Source: Fistulifera solaris (lineage: Eukaryota). Taken from it: a DNA stretch of 64,000 nt. Position 1 is the first letter of the stretch. Each line of letters starts with the position of its first letter. The notes under the pieces were generated by a model that saw nothing but the letters and a program-made list of their open reading frames with translations, had not been told where the DNA came from and did not search any database. Both the position numbers and the translations under genes were made by a program. The DNA lies in NCBI GenBank assembly GCA_030295235.1, contig AP026144.1, positions 62,001 to 126,000 on the forward strand. The letters are read 5' to 3'. Below, in pieces: positions 59,437-64,000 of this stretch.

Positions 59437-62400
59437 CTATTCCAATCCTAATCTTGTCCCAATTGATCGTAGCGATGCTGAAAGCGATAGACACTTGCAT
59501 CCGCATCCGGATGGGCATTCTTCCATCATCGAAAACCAGCTTTGTAAATGATTCATGTGGCCACCATGGCCGCAGCTAACGGAGATTCAAGTAAGATATG
59601 TCCCATTGCCGCTACCATTGTCAAAACGAGCATTGACGTACCTTTTGCAAACGGAAAAGAGTCCACGAACAGCGTTCTCGCAGATACTACATCGGAACGC
59701 ATAATCGCGACATGCATGACAGTAGTTCGTTCCCAAATTTGTTTCCCTATGACATCGGGTACACAAGAAAACCAGTCCAATTGTCGGCTCGAACGTCACA
59801 TCCTCATCAAACGCTTCCGGTAGACGTCGAGTGCGATGAAATTCGGGGAGAGGCGATAGATGCTTCAAAACTTCGGCGCGAACTATTAGCAGGCTCCAAC
59901 CGTACAACAGATCCGCATAACGCCGGATGTAGATATCATACTTTTCCTCCCTAATATTGGGAATAAGTTTACCCGCGCCACGGCTGGAATCGTTCTTGCT
60001 TCGTAGAACACAAACAATAGACGCCAGCATTTGAATGTCTCCAAGCGACTCGTAATACTTCAAAAGATTATCGATCAGCGAGACACTGAAAGACATTCCT
60101 CCAGACTGACCCCAGCCATCGAATCTGGTGCGGCTGGTTTCGTTCAAGCGCATGTCCACCAATTGAGCAATCAAACACCAAACTTCGTGCTTCTCTATTT
60201 CATCGACGGATTTGCATATCTGTGCGTTATGGAGACAGATTTCTTTAATATGCTGCAACTCAAGGCTGACAACATTTGCGGTAGGTACCCTTGGTAGCGT
60301 GAATACTCCCAATGCCTTTCGATCTTCTTTGTCTGCTTTGTTGTGGCTTTCTTGCAGTGCATTGAACGCGGGGGCTAATTGAATATCATGAGGCCAAAAT
60401 CCTCTCCGCGATAGCCCTTTTGTAACTGTTCGTATCAATTAGACCACATCATGCAAGAAAAAAGTGATGTAAACAATGCTAGGAGCACTTACGGAGACGT
60501 CCATCTGGCGGTGATAGTAGTTTTTTCACGGCATCACCACCTTCGCGTTGGTGAGTAAAGAGTTTTCTCAGAAAAACCATCGAGTCCTGGACATTGGGAC
60601 GAACACTAAATTCTCCATTATGTACTCCTCGTTCATCATCTGGAAATGTAGATCGATTGATAGATGGCTCGTTTAATTTATCGATGTTACTTTTGCGAAG
60701 AAGCAATTCATCGTAGTTTGGGTGGCCTGTTGCTTAAAATGATGCGTGAGGCAAAACAGTCATGTAAGATCGAAATAACCTTTCGGATTTTACCTTGTTG
60801 TGAGTGATGTCTCAATGGCCACCCTAAAGAAGGGCTTTGTGAATCTCCGCTCTTTTTCTCTGCACTAATATACCCGAGTTGCCAATCCCTTGCAAGAACA
60901 ACGCTTTGCCGGTTCAATACCAGAGGGTCATACTCGAAGGTGATTTTCACAAAAGGCGCGAGCACGTCAGAGGGGGTTCGATCTTGGAGCGCTCCATCTA
61001 CAACATCATCTTCTTTTCCAGTTTTACGCCCTCTTCAAACAGTGATAATGTTGGCTGTTGATAATCACCAAAGTATTGAGTGTACAAGTCCTTGGAATCT
61101 TTTGCCTCATTGCTTATAAAATCATCGTTGTTTTCGTCACCGGAATCCGAAGAAGAGGCGCTGTCATCTTCAAAGAAACTGACTCCTTCTAGATGAGCTA
61201 TTGTAGACGACGCACCGTCTTCGGTCCCACCCCATTGTGCGTCTCTCGCGGCCGCCGTCATTTCATGTAAATCCATTAGGGACCTTGGAAAAGCAGAACC
61301 CATTTTTATCGTCATGGTCAGGTTCTCTTCATCCCTGTCGTTGATGCTAATATTGTTCACAGTTGCGTGTCCCACCGTGCCAGAAACCCCCGAGCATGTA
61401 GCACTTTTTTTGTTTTCCCACCATGACCACACCTTCCGAATGTCTCCATTGTGAAACACTGACAATCCTCCGATACCTGGACCAAATGTTACTCCGCACA
61501 TGCGCGGACACGGGATTCGATCCGTGTCTATTTTCTTCATGAGCTCTACCATTTCAAATCTGATAGCTTCTGCTTTCTCCTCCCCTTTGCTGCGGAAGCC
61601 GTACCCTCACCGACAGTTCCTACTGTGATCGCCGACGCTGGCAATAAACTGGACGCTTCCACATCAAACACGTTATGATCGATGGCTTGATTAGTGGCAA
61701 GGTCCCTTTCGCCAGTTTCCACACGAAAGTCTCGGTCCAAGCTGCCTTCGAATGCAGTTCTTTGCCAAAGGCGAGCAGCATCGCCAGAGATGCCTTCCCC
61801 CCTCGGGCGGAAACAGTCGAGAAGAATCCGGAAACTGTCTCCTATTAGGCGAGACAGGCAAAACAGATATATTTGACTCTTTCTTGGGAAACGGTATGGC
61901 TTCAGGTATAGTCTGAAAACGAAAAAGAGAGTCAGACTCCTTAAGTCCGGTGATTTTCCAAGCTGCTTACTTACATAACTCGCCAGGAAGCCTTTGTTAG
62001 TCAATGTGCACAAAAGTAGGGTAGCATCGTCTTTGTTTCTATGTACAGTCAGTTCTGCAGCACACAATGTGCCTTGTGTCGTTTCGAAATGCTTCTGCTT
62101 CTGCTTCAGTTCAGCTCCACCGAGAAAGGACAGCGTAGATTCTAATCCTCGCGAGGTGGTCTTCCACATAGTAGCATTCCATTGGGCTGGGGGCGCCGTA
62201 TTCTCTTCAAACGATATAGTCACGAAGCTTGATTCAGCTGGTTTCGGACACACACGTGCGCATGCCAAGTGCGGTTGGGCAATCGTTCCTAACAAACGAC
62301 GGGAAGTATGACTGATATCCTCTTCTTGGCTCCATACTTTGACAATAACGTCACCTCCAACCTCGTCCAAGCCCCACGTCAACCAACCCGAGTCCATCGT

Positions 62401-63209
62401 AGCCAATCCAATTCCTGCATAGGACAAAGCCGAAAAGGAATACAAGACTCCGCCGGCGGATTGTCGATCCGTCACACGTAGATCATAAATACGCACCGTT
62501 CCCCGGGCATCAAGAACCGCACATTCGTGAGGCTCAAGCCCCGGAGCCGTTTGCACGTATGGAGCGATAGCATCCCTTTCCGTATGCCAAACCGCAATGA
62601 AGGACGAGATGGATGGCTCCGCAAGTCCCATGCGGCGAGGGCCGTGGCCGTAGCCGCCGTGACCACTGGACCGGGATACCAAGCTAACGAAACAATGGAA
62701 GCCCGAGATTCCATCCCCAAACGTCCCCACAAGGGACTCAACCGAAGCCCGCTCACGTCCCACACAAGAACACCGTTCCCTTGCGCGGATGCGAGCAGTA
62801 AATTGGATTGCGGCAGCGGATTCTGCGGCACAGCGGAAAATGCCAGAGAGACCGGAGCGGGCAAAGCGCGGTTTAACATCATGACAGGTTTGTGCATTTC
62901 TTCCATTGAAAAGAGAGCAACACCATGCGGTCCTGCCACGGCTCCTAACGCGTTTCCTTCGAGTGTTGTGCAGCAGGCGAGTGCTTTGGGTTGAAACTTT
63001 TCATAACTTGCCAACGATTGAAACCGTGATTCCAGGGGAGACGCCGCGAATGCATTTTCAAACAGGGTACGCGTCGGTGTTGTCGCGGAAGATGAAAATT
63101 GTTGCTGCTGCTGTTGTTTCATGAAGAAATGAGGTAAATCTCGAGTATTGTTGTGTTCCGGAGAAGCAGGAAGTTGCGTCTGTAACGCGAGGCGAGAGGG
63201 AGAACTCAT
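59437..63209 (-). CDS. WDR59: WDR59/Sea3-like GATOR2 (SEACAT) subunit; multi-exon with several frameshifts
   Basis: N-terminal WD40 repeats, 'PCPRMCGVTFG', 'LGDIQMLASIVCV', 'YADLLYGWSL', and a C-terminal Zn/RING 'CSICENAVRGLFSVCKS|CGHGGHMNHLQSWF...CPSGCGCKC' after intron 59576-59641. Confidence 0.85.
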
Positions 63210-63786
63210 ATTTGTTGATTGATGATTTCTATTGTCGTATTTTTAAGACTGGAGGTGTCAGCACGACATGGCCCTCTGTTTTCTTTAAATTAGATACGAA
63301 CAGCCGATGATCACAAAGGAAAAAGAAATGATGTTGAGTATTTGTAATGTGTAATACTGGTATCGTATCCGTCGATCTTTCTTTTGCGTATTATGGGCGC
63401 AAATTGCAAAATCCCTACAAAAACTAGAGAACGAGCTTCTACTGTATCTACACTTAGTCCGTCCGCCCGTCCGTCATGTCAATGAACTTTTTTATTTCAA
63501 TGCAATAAGGTTTGCACGTCGATCGTCGATATTGTTTATTCATTCGCTTTGATGGGTCACTGTGCGACTTTTGAATCTTCTACCCAACACATCACTGTAG
63601 AATAAAAAGTAGTCTGGACGTTTTGCCATCATCACCTCTTCCTCCTCCGCACGAAAGTTCAGAAAAACCGAAACTCCGCGACGTGTCCAAACATGCCAAT
63701 CTTCTCGACGAAAATATTCTCGCGCATCTTTTCACATTCCTGCGCTATCTCACTTTTGTCACTCCACCTTCATCATCAACGACAAC

Positions 63787-64000
63787 ATGACACGTTACGG
63801 AAGTATTCCTGTTGTTACAAATGCCCACGAAGCAGTGGCTTTTCTAGAAACAGCCGACGAAAGTATCTCGATCGAACACGAACGACAAAACCGTCGTCGA
63901 ACGCCCCTTCTTCTCTTGGCTGCATTTGCATTGGGATGCGTTGCTTACATTGTAGTACCGTCTGCTTCCTGGACGACAGCATACATGATGATGCACGGAA
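63787..64000 (+). CDS. 5' part of a type II membrane protein (runs off the window)
   Basis: 'MTRYGSIP...NRRRTPLLLLAAFALGCVAYIVV', open to the window end. Confidence 0.6.
   Translation, partial: MTRYGSIPVVTNAHEAVAFLETADESISIEHERQNRRRTPLLLLAAFALGCVAYIVVPSASWTTAYMMMHG

Overview
Eukaryotic nuclear DNA, most consistent with a pennate diatom. Evidence: compact genes, short GT-AG introns of about 65-160 bp, bipartite plastid-targeting presequences with an ASAFAP-like A|F cleavage site, and diatom-type orphan families; the species cannot be established from the sequence alone. About 25 protein genes or gene remnants are present. Recognisable ones are a Patched/NPC1-like sterol-sensing protein, a cNMP-domain/D-lactate dehydrogenase fusion, COQ2, proline iminopeptidase, two TBL/PC-esterase-like paralogs, plastid PrmA, Mpv17/PMP22, an RsuA-family pseudouridine synthase, a large PqiA-domain membrane protein, a cytochrome-b5-type chitin synthase, two secreted rhodanese-like proteins lacking the catalytic Cys, a GH72 glucanosyltransferase and WDR59/Sea3. 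Many genes have single-base frameshifts inside homopolymers, probably assembly errors. The most unusual part is 3.2-15.4 kb: arrays of short palindromic repeats, a 68-bp inverted repeat pair (66/68 identical) 11.3 kb apart, an orphan 639-aa ORF, and four tandem ~275-bp units each headed by a (TTGAA)n tract. A palindromic 9-mer, TACCWGGTA, recurs at least 12 times, always outside the called coding regions. No rRNA, tRNA or CRISPR array was recognised.
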